From the NCBI GenBank assembly GCA_951406725.2, contig OX597819.1:37138001-37202000 (forward strand): DNA of 64,000 nt. Direction: 5' to 3'. Positions 1 to 13,503 of this stretch are shown piece by piece; within the stretch, counting starts at the first letter, position 1; every line of letters starts with the position of its first letter. The notes below the pieces were generated by a model, which saw only the letters and a program-made list of their open reading frames with translations, was not told the DNA's origin and made no database searches. The translations under genes and the position numbers were made by a program. Source of the stretch: Octopus vulgaris (lineage: Eukaryota).

Positions 1-187
1 CTTTTAATCTGTGAAAACTTGAGAGGCTGATTCAACAACGGTAGCAAAGTCAAAAACAGTTTGTAAGATTGTCAATAAGTTTTGTTGCCATGAACATTAA
101 AACGTTTGACATTTGGAACAGAGGCGCTCAATGTACAAATTTTATTGGGTTGAAAGTGTAGCTAACTTTAAATGGTCAAGTATTCTT

Positions 188-418
188 CGTGGTGGTGGCG
201 GCGGTGGTGGTAGTGGTGGTTGTTATGGTGATGGTTGTGGTTGCGATTGTTGTGGTGAAGGTAGTAGTTGTGGTGGTGATAGTGGTTGTGGTTGCGGTTG
301 TTGTGATGATAACGATGTTTGTGATAGTGATGAGATTGTAGTTTTGGTGGTGCTGCTGGTGGTGCTGGTGCTGGTGGTGGTGGTGGTGGTGGTGGCGGCG
401 GCGGCGGCAGTGGTTGTT
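188..418. repeat. Degenerate (GGT/GTT/GAT)n trinucleotide tract
   Basis: ggtggtggcggc...gttgtt...ggtggtggcggc; accounts for the Gly/Cys/Val and His/Thr ORFs. Confidence 0.9.
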
Positions 419-681
419 TAGTGCAACTTCAAACATGATAAAGTAGATCAGTGTTTGAAGGAGTCCAGCTATGATCATTCTACCTTATTTTATCAGACGG
501 TATATCTATGACTACGATAATCAATACCCCTCCGTTTTAAAGCCGGTAAGGTAGCTGCTATTTCTGGCAGGTTCGGTGACCACATTATAAAGGCACCTTT
601 GTTGGCTCACACTTCATTTTATTTATATGTTTTATGACGCCATATTAAGTTTTGACTTTGCCTTTGTGTTCTATGATGCTT

Positions 682-884
682 GTAGGTAGGTAGGTAGGTA
701 GGTAGGTAGGTAGGTAGGTAGGTAGGTAGGTATGTGGGTAGGTAGGTGAGTAGGAAGGTAGGTAGGTAGGTAGGTAGGTAGGTAGGTAGGTAGGTAGGTA
801 GGTAGGAAGGTAGGTAGGTAGGTAGGTAGGTAGGTAGGTAGGTAGGTAGGTAGGTAGGTAGGTAGGTAGGTAGGTAGGTAGGTA
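682..884. repeat. (GTAG)n microsatellite, immediately 5' of a SINE family B 3' module (885-1070)
   Basis: Near-pure gtag array followed by tgtttgtctccaccacagcttgacaaccgg...ctccagtatggccgcagtc. Confidence 0.95.
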
Positions 885-1243
885 TGTGTTTGTCTCCACC
901 ACAGCTTGACAACCGGTATTAGTACCCCCAAAACTTAGCGGTACGGTAAATTAAACCGCTAAAATAAGTACCAGACGTTATGAAAATAAGTTCTGGGGGC
1001 GATTTGTTCAACTAACTCCATCAAGTCTGTGCTCCAGTATGGCCGCAGTCTAATGAAGGAAACAAGTGAACAAAAAAATATTAAATGAACAAAAAAAAGA
1101 GAATTACTTCAGAGAACACGTTGTATCTATAGTATAGTCTCTCACTGGTACACTAATTTCGTTTGTTGTGGATATCATTGATGTCGCTGCTGTAGTAGTA
1201 ATTATTGTGCTATTACTACTTAGCATATATCAACCTGACCGGA

Positions 1244-1430
1244 AGGCGGCGAGCTGGCAGAAACGTTAGCACGCTGGGCGAAATGCGTAGCCATATTTCG
1301 TCTGTCGTTACGTTCTGAGTTCAAATTCCGCCGAGGTCGACTTTGCCATTCATCCTTTCGGCGTCGATAAATTAAGTACAAGTTACACACTGGGGTCGAT
1401 ACAATTGACTTAATCCGTTTGTCTGTTCTT
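1244..1430 (+). mobile_element. SINE family A (tRNA-like head plus Nin/Deu-like domain), tail truncated
   Basis: ggcggcgagctggcagaaacgttagc...gagttcaaattcc (B-box-like)...gactttgcc(a)ttcatcctttcgg(c)gtcgataaattaagtac; many related copies in the window. Confidence 0.85.
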
Positions 1431-2774
1431 AATGTTGCTGTTTTTTCGGGAATAGAGAACTCTTGAGTACTATATCCAATGTGCCCTTCATTTATAAGAT
1501 ACTGTTTCAGGGAGATCTGGTTGCTATTGCTCGTAGGCCTAACGACACCACAAAGAGGCATCCTCAAGATTGCCATGGTGACAAAACTAAAAACCGCTAG
1601 AGAAATGAAATCAACACAGACATTTTGAGTCTATAAACGATATCATTTATTTAATTCATTTCTTACTACGCCTCGAGGCAATACATTTATAAACAAGAGA
1701 AATTGAGATTTGTAAAGTTTCTGTCATTTTCAAAGATAAATTAAGAGACGTTGTTTCAACCAGAGAAAGTATTCAATTTACTTATTAACTTTCTTCTATG
1801 TTTAAAAGCAGTTATCAAATGTTAATGTATTTAATATCGGAATACAATTTATTCGTTGAAGAGGGAAAAGGATACAATTATTTCACGACATATTTCGATA
1901 TAGAGGTAAAATTGAAAGTGTAAACAGAAATAATCTGCAGATTTTTAATGACTTAATCTGCGGAGGAGTGTTAAGAAGACGGCAAATTGGCAGAGTTGCT
2001 AGTATCAGATAGAAGGCCAGGTGTTATTTGTTTGGACTCTCTGTGCTCTACGTTCAAAACCCACCAATGTCAACTTTGTCTTTCAGTGTTTCGGTGTCGA
2101 TAATAAAGTATAAAGTACTGATCCATGAGTCAGTCATGGAAGGATAGCATATATTTGGTTTTGGACGGGGCTCTGGACAATTGGAAGCAAAAGGAAACGG
2201 AGACCTGACTCGAATGCTAAAAGCACCCATCATGCTGTTAAAACGAGTAACAAATTAAGCCAACAACAGAAACAGCTTTCCCACAGGATTCCACATAATT
2301 TCCATTTACCAAATTTCTCTCCTAAAGCTTTCCTCAACCCGAGGCTATGATACAAGACACTTACCCAAGGTGGCACCTCTCACTGGCTTTGAATATTACA
2401 TCACGGAGCTTCTCCACTCTGTAAGCACTAATCTCCAGAAGTTCAATCGCAGCATCGACACTATCAACCTCCATAGTCTGCTAAAAGCTATATGATGGCC
2501 TCCCCTATTCCTTCTACTAATGAATGAGATCTATCTGGAAGGAGGTAGGCTAGTAAATGTTGGTTTAATTGATTCCAGTATATAAATGTCTGTGTTGATT
2601 TCATTTCTCTAGCGGTTTTTAGTTTTGTCACCATGGCAATCTTGAGGATGCCTCTTTGTGGTGTCGTTAGGCCTACGAGCAATAGCAGCCAGATCTCCCT
2701 GAAACAGTATCTTATAAATGAAGGGCACATTGGATATAGTACTCAAGAGTTCTCTATTCCCGAAAAAACAGCAA

Positions 2775-2966
2775 CAATAAGGACAGACAAACGGATTAAG
2801 TCAATTGTATCGACCCCAGTGTGTAACTTGTACTTACTTTATCGACCCCGAAAGGATGAAAGGCAAAGTCGACCTCGGCGGAATTTGAACTCAGAACGTA
2901 ACGGCAGACGAAATACGGCTACGCATTTCGCCCGGCGTACTAACGTTTCTGCCAGCTCGCCGCCTC
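2775..2966 (-). mobile_element. SINE family A, antisense; part of the inverted duplication with 1244-1625
   Basis: Reverse complement of 1244-1430 with a few substitutions. Confidence 0.85.
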
Positions 2967-4158
2967 TTCCCACCATCAACCATGGTTATATCCCTGCTCA
3001 CAATTATCGGGGCAGAGTTGACTATCAGCAAGTGCGAGCCCCGTGAGTCGGTGTGGCTGTTTCAATGCGTCTCCCTCGCTATTCTCCGGGGCAACGCCTT
3101 TCCTACTGACACGCCTTTTTAATTGTAGCTGATGTAGCTCTTAAGACAACAAATAGTCTCTTAAATGGTCTCTTAAATGGTGTCCAAGTTTTGACACAAT
3201 TATTAATCGTTTAAAATGTTTAAAATAACAGCATCATGTTAGCTCACCTATGTATCACCTTAGCTTCACCCTGAGAGCAGCGGCAGTTATTGTTGCAGTT
3301 ATTGTTGCTGTTGTTGTAGTTGTCTACTATGACGATGCAGTCCTTTGCTTGATGAATATTCTAATCATGACTATTTTAATTTCATAGACATTGTTTATCA
3401 GCTTTCTTTTACTTTTCGTTTTCAGGGTGGCAGTGTTTGATTAGAAACACATCACTGTTATTTCTTTCAGTTCGCGCGACAATATGTAGACTATTTCGTA
3501 GATAGCAGTTTCTTTGGAAGCCATAAGTGGAGATTTAGAGTGTCTAAAATCTTTTAGATATTACAGAAATAAATCAAGTTAAACTTGCTTGACAGCCTGA
3601 TAAATATAACAAGACATTTTTTTGAAATTTGAAACAAAAGAAAAATATATAAAATGAGAAACCAATTCCAGAGACAGACAGCTAGTGATTAACGGGTGTT
3701 AAAGATGGTCGAGCCTAACTTTTTACAGAGTGAAATCATTATTCAAACATTTAAGTTGAGCTCTATGACAAGTTTCTCTCACTTCACTATTACGTAACGC
3801 TATCAATTGGATACGATGGGAGGGGATGTGAGCTTCATAATATTGTTACTGGCAGAGGGTGGTAGTTGTAATGGTGGATATAGTTGTGATAGTGAATTTT
3901 ATGGTGGAGAAGGTGATTATGCTGATGGTGGTGGTGGTGGTGGTTATAATGGTGATCATCTCTGTGACGGCTTGTTATATAAGGCAACAAGAATGAGAAA
4001 AGCTACAGTATAGAATTTCCAATGATTTCCCGAATACAAAAAAAAGAAGTAAATAATTTTAATATGTTCGTTTTCTTTGGAATCCTAAAAAGCGTCTAAT
4101 TCCCAAAATTCCCAAAATTCCTCAACATAAAATCTCATTACATTTGCTGTTTATTTAG

Positions 4159-4160
<2 letters not shown>

Positions 4161-4233
<73 letters not shown>

Positions 4234-4355
4234 GCGTATGCATATATATACGCATATACATATGTGTATATGCGTGTGTGTGTGTGTGTGCGTTTGTTTG
4301 TATGTACACATATATAGGCATGTATGTATCAATATATATTCTAAAATATAAATGT

Positions 4356-4419
<64 letters not shown>

Positions 4420-4640
4420 TACGTAAATACATAAATATATACATGTATATATATGTAAATATATAAATGTGTGTGTATGTATGTATGCATGCATGCATCC
4501 ATGTATGTATGTATGTATGCATGCATGCATGTATGTATGTATGTATGTATGTATGTATGTATGTATGTATGTATGTATGTATGTATGTATGTATGTATGT
4601 ATGTATGTATGTATGTATGTATGTATGTATGTATGTACGT
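4161..4640. repeat. Compound microsatellite (TA)n/(TACA)n/(TG)n/(TC)n/(TATG)n
   Basis: Read directly; source of the YIHT/MYVC ORFs. Confidence 0.95.
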
Positions 4641-5312
4641 AATTAATAATGTTTATGGTTATGAATGTACAGAAACACATAAATTTTACTAATGTGTATG
4701 TGTGTACGTACTTACGTATACACACACATTTCACTGGAGAAGATGTAAAAATAAACCGTGGTGAATTCTTATGTGTATACGCCGCAGTGAGAAAGAGGCG
4801 GTAGGTTAGTGTGTGGGTGTAATAAGATAGAAAAACAAAAAGAAACAGAGGGGGAGAAAAAGAAAGGTAGATTAAATAATTGCATTGAGTGGTTGTACGT
4901 TCTCCATTGTGTATTTAAATGTTTAGCATTCCCAATATTCAGTTATGAGTCTATTTGTGGAAATAATCCGAAGTTTTTTTTTTTTTGTTGTATTTGTGTG
5001 TATTATTAGTAGTCTTTATTCTTGAATATTGCACCAGAACAAGGAACATGTGCAATGAAGTGCAAGTTATCATTGGTGATATTGCATGGAAGCACATCAA
5101 CATGCGCGTGGAAGCATGTGTTCTTCATCGTTGTTTGTATGGTGGGATCGAAGTCTTAAAGGATTCTGCAGTTATTTGCTCTTAATATCATGGCAATTAT
5201 AAGACGGTGTGTTGGCTGAGTCGTTACAGAGTTTGGTTAGCTTACTCTTCCGTATTTGTTCTAGTTCTCAGTGTTCAAGATTCAATATCCGTTGAATCCA
5301 ACTTCGCCTTTC

Positions 5313-5726
5313 GGATCTTTTCGGTTTGAACGGCAGTTTTTAACATAATTTCTAGGTAACTAAAAAATTTTAAACTTCGTATACTGGTAGAATGTGTTTA
5401 TAAAACATCTTTTTTATTTGGCTTTATTGAGAAAATTCAATAGTTTGTAAGATATTTGTTGTTTTTTTTCTTCAATTTCTACAGTTTCAACCAATCACTG
5501 ACGTCTATTGAGGTAAAAGAAAACATTCTGTGCCGTATGAATATGTCCCTCGTTTAAGAAACAGATTGGGTTTATTTACATTTGTGAAGAAAAAAAGATA
5601 CCCTTCCCCCCACCCCTAACCCTAAAACAGACTGAAATGCAACAGATTGATACTAGGATCATAATTATGGGTGACAATTTCATATGACACCGCTAGAAAA
5701 AACTGCCGTTCAAACCGAAAAAATCC
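5313..5726. mobile_element. MITE family 1 (Merlin-like), copy 1, inserted into an old SINE A
   Basis: TIRs ggatcttttcggtttgaacggcagttttt / aaaaaactgccgttcaaaccgaaaaaatcc; 8-bp TSD cgcctttc/tgcctttc. Confidence 0.9.
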
Positions 5727-5974
5727 TGCCTTTCTTCTTTCGTGGTTCATACATAGAACACCAGTTCGCAACGAGGAAGAATTCTCTCTTTCTCTCTCCC
5801 TGCTGTATTCAACTCTGGAAAGGAGATGAGCTCACCACAAAAACTCGAAGCACGTCGTATGTTAAAATGCTGTATCTACGACTCCATCAGGTAGTGAAAG
5901 TGCAAGGCATTCATAATAACCATTCCGTTAGAGCATCGACTTAAATGCATTTCGCAATTGTCTTCCGGCTGCGA

Positions 5975-6140
5975 CAGCGAGCTGGCAGAATCGTTAGTAT
6001 TCCTGGTAATACGCTTCGCTACATTTCATACATTTATATATTCTGAGTTCTAATTCAGCCGAGGTCGACTTTACCTTTTTCCTCCAATTGAGTACAGGGG
6101 ATCGGCGTAATTTCTGGCTTTGTGCCAAACTTTGAAACTG
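5975..6140 (+). mobile_element. SINE family A, degenerate
   Basis: cagcgagctggcagaatcgttag...gaggtcgactttaccttt. Confidence 0.75.
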
Positions 6141-6834
6141 TTATTTAGTTACAACTACTTACATTCTGAATTCACACTCAATCAGGTTCAATTTTGATTT
6201 CTCCTCTTCTGGTGTCGATAAAATCAGTCAGTAACTGAGATTGCTATGTAAGATATATTCATAGTGACAAAAAATATAAATATCTAAACTTATCTACAAG
6301 ATATATACCAACTTTTAGTCAGTTAAACGTCAGCATTCTTTAATTTCATTTCTTTATTAAGCTATATAGGATTTTAATGTGGATTTTTAATTTTGTTTGA
6401 CGTTATAATCATTCTGATACTGGCAAATCTGCACTCGAAGACAGTACAAGATTTTAAGTTTATCGATAAGTTATATCCCCGGCGGGATGAAAGATATAGT
6501 TGATCTTGGTTGAATATTATATTTATTGATAATTTGACTGTAGAGAACCGTTTAATATACAGTTTGATTTCTGATTCCTGAGTTTCTTTCTTGTCAAAGT
6601 AAGAAATAGTATTTCATCATTTTGAGGTTGATTAACTTGTGTTATCAACAGAGGCCAGGAATTTGATCGGAGGATTTATTTCAGTCATGGCCAAACAGAG
6701 GTTCTTGAGACTTTCTAAATGACACGCTTAACGAAACATTACATTGAATTTTATTAGTAATGCGGCCCGCCTGATGTTGGGTCATGTCTCGTGCAGCCCT
6801 ATTCGCCTAAAAAGCTTGCCTGGTTTAGTTGACT

Positions 6835-6995
6835 TAAGTACTTGGCTGTTACTTGACTTTATTTTATCGACTCCGGGGAGGATGAAAGTCAAAGTTGACG
6901 TCGGTGGTATTTGAAATCAGAACTTAAAGTACCTAAACAACAGCAAAAAGAAAGCAAAGCATTTTCCCCGACGCTCTAACGAGTATGCCAGCCCT
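6835..6995 (-). mobile_element. SINE family A, degenerate
   Basis: ttatcgactccggggaggatgaaagtcaaagttgacgtcggtggtatttgaa. Confidence 0.7.
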
Positions 6996-8599
6996 TGAAA
7001 TTGATGGCACAAAATCGGAATATACGAGACCAAACGATTAGCAATACAAATACAACTAGAGAATGCGCGGGCTAAAATTACGCGCCTTCACTAGTCAGTT
7101 ATGTTGAGACAGTGTGACGTGACAACTTGCTGGGGCTGCCTGCTGGAGCCTAGCGGCAGGTATTTAAAGGGAAAAATTTGACAAGTCAGTCAGTCACCGG
7201 CTGACACTCGCTGACATATACATCGAAGAGGCCAGGGAACAGAAGAAAGAAGAAAGAAGACATGCACCCAACACCAGAGCTGAAGACACATTCGAAGGGG
7301 GGCGCCACGTCAAAACGGTAGAGGAGTAGCGGCCGAAACCGGACGTGGTTCCTCCTGATGATGTCTTGAGCTAACTGGATTCTATAAAGGAGCTGGTGTG
7401 GTAGCAGACCACGAAACACGGTTCTAATTCCTATCTGGTACTGTATATTTCATCGAGTATTTTCTTGAAGTTCTTTTCTTTACAGAGTCTTAAGTAACAT
7501 CAAAGAAGAGTTCAGCAATCACTTATAACTACCAATAACACTGCTACGCACATTTACGCTCTTATTCATACTCTTCTGACCACCACCACCCAACTACTAC
7601 TATGACTACTACTGCTGCTGCTACTACTACTACTACAACTACTACTTCCTGATTTAATAAACGTCCAATTCTTTTTAGCTTTTATTTCACGAAACTTATA
7701 ATTGAAAACGAAAATTCACAATGATGATTATTCCAAAATATGATACCGAAGAATGATCAAAAATATTCTATACCGTCATTCCCTGTCGATTTAGCCGGGA
7801 TTTTTGTGTTTTCTGTTTGTTTGCATGTTTTTTGTTTTGATTTTGTTTTATTTTTTGTTTTGTCTTGTCTTTTTTTTTTCTCTCCTTACATCAAATGAAT
7901 GCCGCCGTTAAATGAAAGCAGCAATTAGAAAGAAATATGTTTTACGTTCTACAACTAACAACTAACAACGAAGAAGTGTGGAATTTGTAGAATTCCTGTG
8001 AATAGCTCTTCGTTTAGAATTCATAAAACTGGGATTTATACAAAAATAACACTGAAGACGAAATCAGCAATATAAATTCGTGACATCTATCTCTGCTTTA
8101 AAGTCACGACTAACATCTTTGAAAGATATACATTAACGTTTTTTGTTCGTTAATTCTTAACTCGTATTTTCTGATGTGGCTTTTTTTCTTCTGTTTCTTT
8201 TTCTTACTGCTGCTGCTGCTAGTGTTGTTATTGTTATCTTACTTTCTATGTTTTTTTTTTTTTTGTTAATCTACTGACTAAGGAAAAGCATACTGAGAAC
8301 AAATCCGTATAGAAAGCAATATAATAAATTAACTCTCAAAGGTAATATTATTTTTGAATGCAAATCTGTTATCACCTCCTACTTCCTCTCCGACTTTTAA
8401 GAAATAGCAATGGAATTCGCTCAAATCACACCCAACTATCCTAATAAAAAATAAAGAAGGACGCGTTGAACAATATAGTCGAAGATTTACAAAAACCAGG
8501 ATGGTCGTGGTTGGAACGCCTGGGGTGAAGTTTGACTGACGACATCATTATGTTTTAGTAATTTACATAACAAATAACTATCTACTACTACTGCTACTG

Positions 8600-8648
<49 letters not shown>

Positions 8649-8719
8649 AACTACTACTACTACTACTATTACCAGTCCATGTTTCACTCACATGTATACA
8701 AAGATATAGTACCCACCTC

Positions 8720-9136
8720 GGATCTTTTCGGTTTGAACGGCAGTTTTTAACATAAATTCTAGGTAACTAAAAAATTTTAAACTTCGTATACTGGTAGAAT
8801 GTGTTTATAAAACATCTTTCTCTCTTGGCTTTATTGAGAAAATTCTATAGTTTGTAAGATATTTGTTGTTTTTTTTTTCTTCAATTTCTGCAATTTCAAC
8901 TAATCAATGACGTATATTTGAGGTGAAAACATTCTGTGTTGTATGAATATGTCCCTCGTTTAAGAAACAGATTGGGTTTATTTACATTTCTGAAGAAAAA
9001 AGATACCCTTTCCCCAGCCCTAACCCTAACCCTTAAACAGATTGAAATGCAATAGATCGATACTAGGGTCATAATTATGGGTGACAATTTCATATGACAC
9101 CGCTAGAAAAAACTGCCGTTCAAACCGAAAAGATCC
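8720..9136. mobile_element. MITE family 1, copy 2
   Basis: Same TIRs; perfect 8-bp TSD cccacctc. Confidence 0.93.
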
Positions 9137-9184
9137 CCCACCTCTAAATAAGCATCTAAATCCTCCTTCAGAAAAATACTTTAC

Positions 9185-9650
9185 GCCGACCAAACATGCT
9201 GTCCGTACCAGAAATGCTAAAACCCATAAAATTAGTGCCAACTAAATATAATGTGTCTACCAAACATGTTGAGGCCATTAAACAAGCTGTGAACACTAAA
9301 TATATTATACCCCGAAACATGAACCTACCCAGTAAGTACGTTATACCTTCTCAACATGTACCCACAAAGCTTGTCCACCAAAATTCCACTCACTAAATAT
9401 GTTATATCCGTCAAATATATCCCCATCTTACATGGCCCCAGCACACATGCACCCAGCAAACATGTAGCTATCAAGCATGAACCCACCTGACAGATATCCA
9501 TTAAATATGTACCCACAAAATATCTACCCACCAAACATCTATCCCTAAGATGTACTCATCAAAATTGCTCCCATCAACCATGTGCCCATTAAGCATGTAC
9601 CCATCGACTATATATCCACCAACGTACACCCATCAAACATCACCCCCTTC
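9185..9650. repeat. Degenerate 15/18-bp minisatellite (approx. aaacatgtacccacc)
   Basis: Units such as caacatgtacccaca, aaatatgtacccaca, aaatatctacccacc, aagcatgtacccatc. Confidence 0.7.
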
Positions 9651-9719
9651 CCCAAATATATAGAGAGAGAGTGGAAGAGAGAGAAATAGATAGATAGAGA
9701 GGAAGAGGGAGAAAGAGAC

Positions 9720-9822
<103 letters not shown>

Positions 9823-10063
9823 TAAAGTTCGTTCTAAAAAGGACTTTCGTATAAGTTTCGCCTAACGGCTTATCCAACCAGACAGACTAAACAAAACTCT
9901 CGGCAAAACTTGAACTCCCACTCAACACGAACTTTATAGTAAAATTGATTCTACTTTTAATGTTGAGTCACCCTTGAGGTAATGTTTAATTCGTATTCTT
10001 AAACTTGCTTTAAAATAATAAACCTAATTTAACATGTTAGAATTTAACATGTAACAATATATA

Positions 10064-11010
10064 CACGTGTTGCATCCAGAAGTTTTGAGACTATTTTAAG
10101 AGTGGCTGTTATAACTGCCCTACTTGTTGTAACTGTAGTACATCATAAATATACATCTAATAAGCTGACCTGCCAAGTTGTGTCATGCCAGATTGAAAGA
10201 GACAGTTGCAACGGCACTTTCAATAACCCTGTTATACATTACTTATCACAGCTGACTAACTTACAGAATGCAGTCGTGACGTGAAGACGATTTAGAAGCT
10301 CGAAATGCAATAACGTTTTGTGTGAAATTGGGTGAAATCGCTACAGAAACTTAGGAAATGCTCCAGACTGCTTATGACTTAACTTGCATGAGCCAAGCGT
10401 CTGTTTTTCGCTGACACAAGAGGTTCAAAGAGAGTAGAGAGGAGATGAGAGAGCGATGAGAGATGTTGCAGGCAGACGCACGTCAGAACATCAGAGGTTG
10501 TTAAGAAAATTCGCAACTTTCTGGATGAAGACTGTCGTGTGGCTATAAAGACAGTAAGCTTGCAGTTTGGAGTTAATATGGCAACTGCACACAGATTTAT
10601 TCATGAAGATCTGGACATGCGCAAAATTTGTACAAAGTTTGTTTCGAAAGTCCTCAGTGAGGAATAGAAGGGAAAACGCGATGGTGAGAGCAGGGAGATG
10701 GTGAGTGCATTACCTCCAATTCTAGAGTACTTGAGTCTCTGGTGACCTGTTACGAAAGTTAGATCTCATCCAGAAATCAAGAGACAAAGTATTCAACGGA
10801 AGCATACTGGCTCCCCTAGACCCACGATGGCCAGGCAAAGCAAGGCCACCGGGAAGCTCATGATGATCCCCTTTTTCGACAGCAAGGGCATCACCTGCAG
10901 AGGCTAGATTCTCATTAGCCAGATGGTCAACAATGAGTATGTTGTAGTGGTTTTGAAGGAATTCGGGAAAGGATTTCACCACAAAAGGCCAACTTCTTCC
11001 ACTCGAAGTG
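10064..11010 (+). mobile_element. Mariner transposon fossil with disrupted transposase
   Basis: Manual translation gives FCVKLGEIATET, VFR*HKRFKESRE, IHEDLDMRKICTKFVSKVLS, KLMMIPFFDSKGI; many stops and frameshifts; TIR-like start after TA. Confidence 0.85.
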
Positions 11011-11039
11011 TAGGCACATGCCCCTGAATAATGCAACGA

Positions 11040-11390
11040 GTGCATATAGTATCATATTTTTGTTAGGTCGTGATATGCCAATCCCTATAGTAGCCTGCTT
11101 AATTAGAATTTCATTGGATGCCAGTTACCTCTTCTGCATATCACCGCTTGTTTGTTCAGCTCTAGTCTTTATTTTATTTAAAGCTTTTAAAACGTTAATA
11201 TGAGCACCACCTGGAGGATGTGAATGATTTGAAGCATTTCTATGTTCGGTATCACTTCTAATTCTAATTCTAGCATTGTACACTTTTCGTAAGTGGTTTC
11301 CTTAACATATTTATCAACAATGTATGTATATCCATTAAGAATGAGCTTTCTGCCACAACGTTCTGTTTTAGTGACTTCCATGGTCAAATT
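11040..11390 (-). pseudogene. FLYWCH zinc-finger remnant, probably from a MULE transposase
   Basis: GRKLILNGYTYIVDK...TTYEKC then, after a frameshift, ARIRI...NHSHPP; fits the FLYWCH pattern. Confidence 0.65.
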
Positions 11391-11471
11391 ATGGGGATAA
11401 TTGCACTACTTAAAAAAATGTAATTAAATAGTCAACTATTTTTAATCTCGTTAAATCTTACTATGTAAGAT

Positions 11472-11502
<31 letters not shown>

Positions 11503-11705
11503 GAGTGAGCGAGCAGAGCATGCCATCAAAGTGACACTGGGGTAAAATATACGAAGCCCAGTATTAAGGACGTTGAACGAAACACCCTTGTTTCCAGAGG
11601 TGAATTATTCAAACCCCAAAGAATCCGTCTCAACACATGGCTATGATGCTCCCCCACTACTTCTGCTCGTGATCAGAGATGCACATATCGTCAGCCACTA
11701 AGGGA

Positions 11706-11707
<2 letters not shown>
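11503..11707 (-). mobile_element. (TAA)n-embedded ORF-less element, copy A (internally deleted and truncated)
   Basis: Matches 31897-32452 with a deletion near 11563; (ATT)n on both sides. Confidence 0.85.
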
Positions 11708-11771
<64 letters not shown>

Positions 11772-12110
11772 CTATTATTATTCTATTAGAGAAAGATGTT
11801 TTCGAGATTAACTATTTTTAATCTCTTTAAATCTTAAGGCACACATTGGTGAATTGATCATTAAACTACATAGGTAAGAATGTTTGTTTTATTATTATTA
11901 TTTTAACTATATTTGATCTCGTTAAATCTTAAGTGACAAATTAGTGAACTGGCCATTAAACTGCATAGGTAGGAATTTTTTTATTATTATTGGGTCCATT
12001 CGGCTTTATGTCCGATTGGCATTGAAGTCAGAGGAACTTACTTTGAAAGAGATTAGAATTTTGTACTTGAAATTGATAAATGTGTCTCTGGAATGTACCT
12101 TGTGCTTGAC

Positions 12111-12200
<90 letters not shown>

Positions 12201-12203
<3 letters not shown>

Positions 12204-13428
12204 GGTGCGGACGGTATTTGAGGACAGATTTGTTGTATTAAACAATCGTATATAATAGCAGGAAAAGCATAAACATAAGCCTAAATTATCAATTTAATAA
12301 TTTCATTCAATAAAACCACCATAAGCATCAATAACTACCTCTAAACGGTCTCGAAATCGTTTACTAGCTCGGATTAAGTGTTCCCTGTTCATATCGGACA
12401 TGACTCAACTATGGTGGCTTTCAAAGAATCTTTGGTGCTATGAGGATATTCATTGACATTTTTCCAACGATGCTCCATACACAATAGTCCAGTGGATCTG
12501 GGGAATTAGGAAGCCAATGCTGGGCGCAATGTGATCATGCAAATTGTTGGCCACCATTCTTGTGTCAGTTGAGCATTGTGTGATGGTGCAGAATCTTGTT
12601 GAAAGACACGTCTTCCATTGCATACACTGTTGATCCAAGGCTTAACACCTTTATCCAGAACCCCATTATAAGCAGCAGCATTAACTCTTAAGGCTTTGTG
12701 AAGAGGTATCACATGTTCTTCACTGCTAACAACACACAAAACCATGACACTTGCAGGTAATTTTGTGTGCATCACACTTAGAACCTCAGAAAGGTCTGCA
12801 CATAGCCATCTGTCATTTCTTCTGTTAGTTTTCTGGTCCTGGTCGAAGTTTTTCTCATCTCAGTAAAACCAAATCACACGATATTCTGATGGAATTTTAA
12901 GTTTGTTCAAAAGTCTCTTGGATCTGATTAAAGGAATCTTTTTTTTTTTTTGCTTTTTGTTTTTTCTAGCATAAATTGACCTCTCTTCATCACGTAAGAT
13001 TTCTATCTCATGTCTGTCTTCATGCACAACATTTCTGATTGTTTTCCTGACACCCGAAATTTTTTTACAATTGACCTCATTGATTTTCCTGGATTGTCTT
13101 CAATGTTTTGCTTAACTCCCTGAATAAATTCAGGTGTCCTGATAGAATCAGAGCGTTTGGAATATTTTTTTTTTTACATTTTGATACAGGTAATACGTTT
13201 TTATCTTCTTTCTGTAACACACCGAATCTTGTGGACAAAAGATCTAGCAACTTTCAGAAAACGAGAAATTTCTAAATCACCATGTTTAGTCTTTAAAGCC
13301 ACAATCACAGCATGCTTTTTCATTTCATTAGTAAGCACAGGGCCTGTCATTGTTATTTTCTGAATATTAATCAAATAAAACACTCAATAAAAAAAAGATA
13401 CATATCCTCAAATATCGTCCGCACTCTG
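12201..13428 (-). mobile_element. Full-length Tc1/mariner fossil, maT/DD37D-like
   Basis: TIRs cagggtgcggacggtatttgagga / tcctcaaatatcgtccgcactctg; TA on both sides; broken transposase with TKLPASVMVLCVVSSE, VKPWI, FQQDSAPSH. Confidence 0.92.
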
Positions 13429-13433
13429 TATAA

Positions 13434-13503
<70 letters not shown>

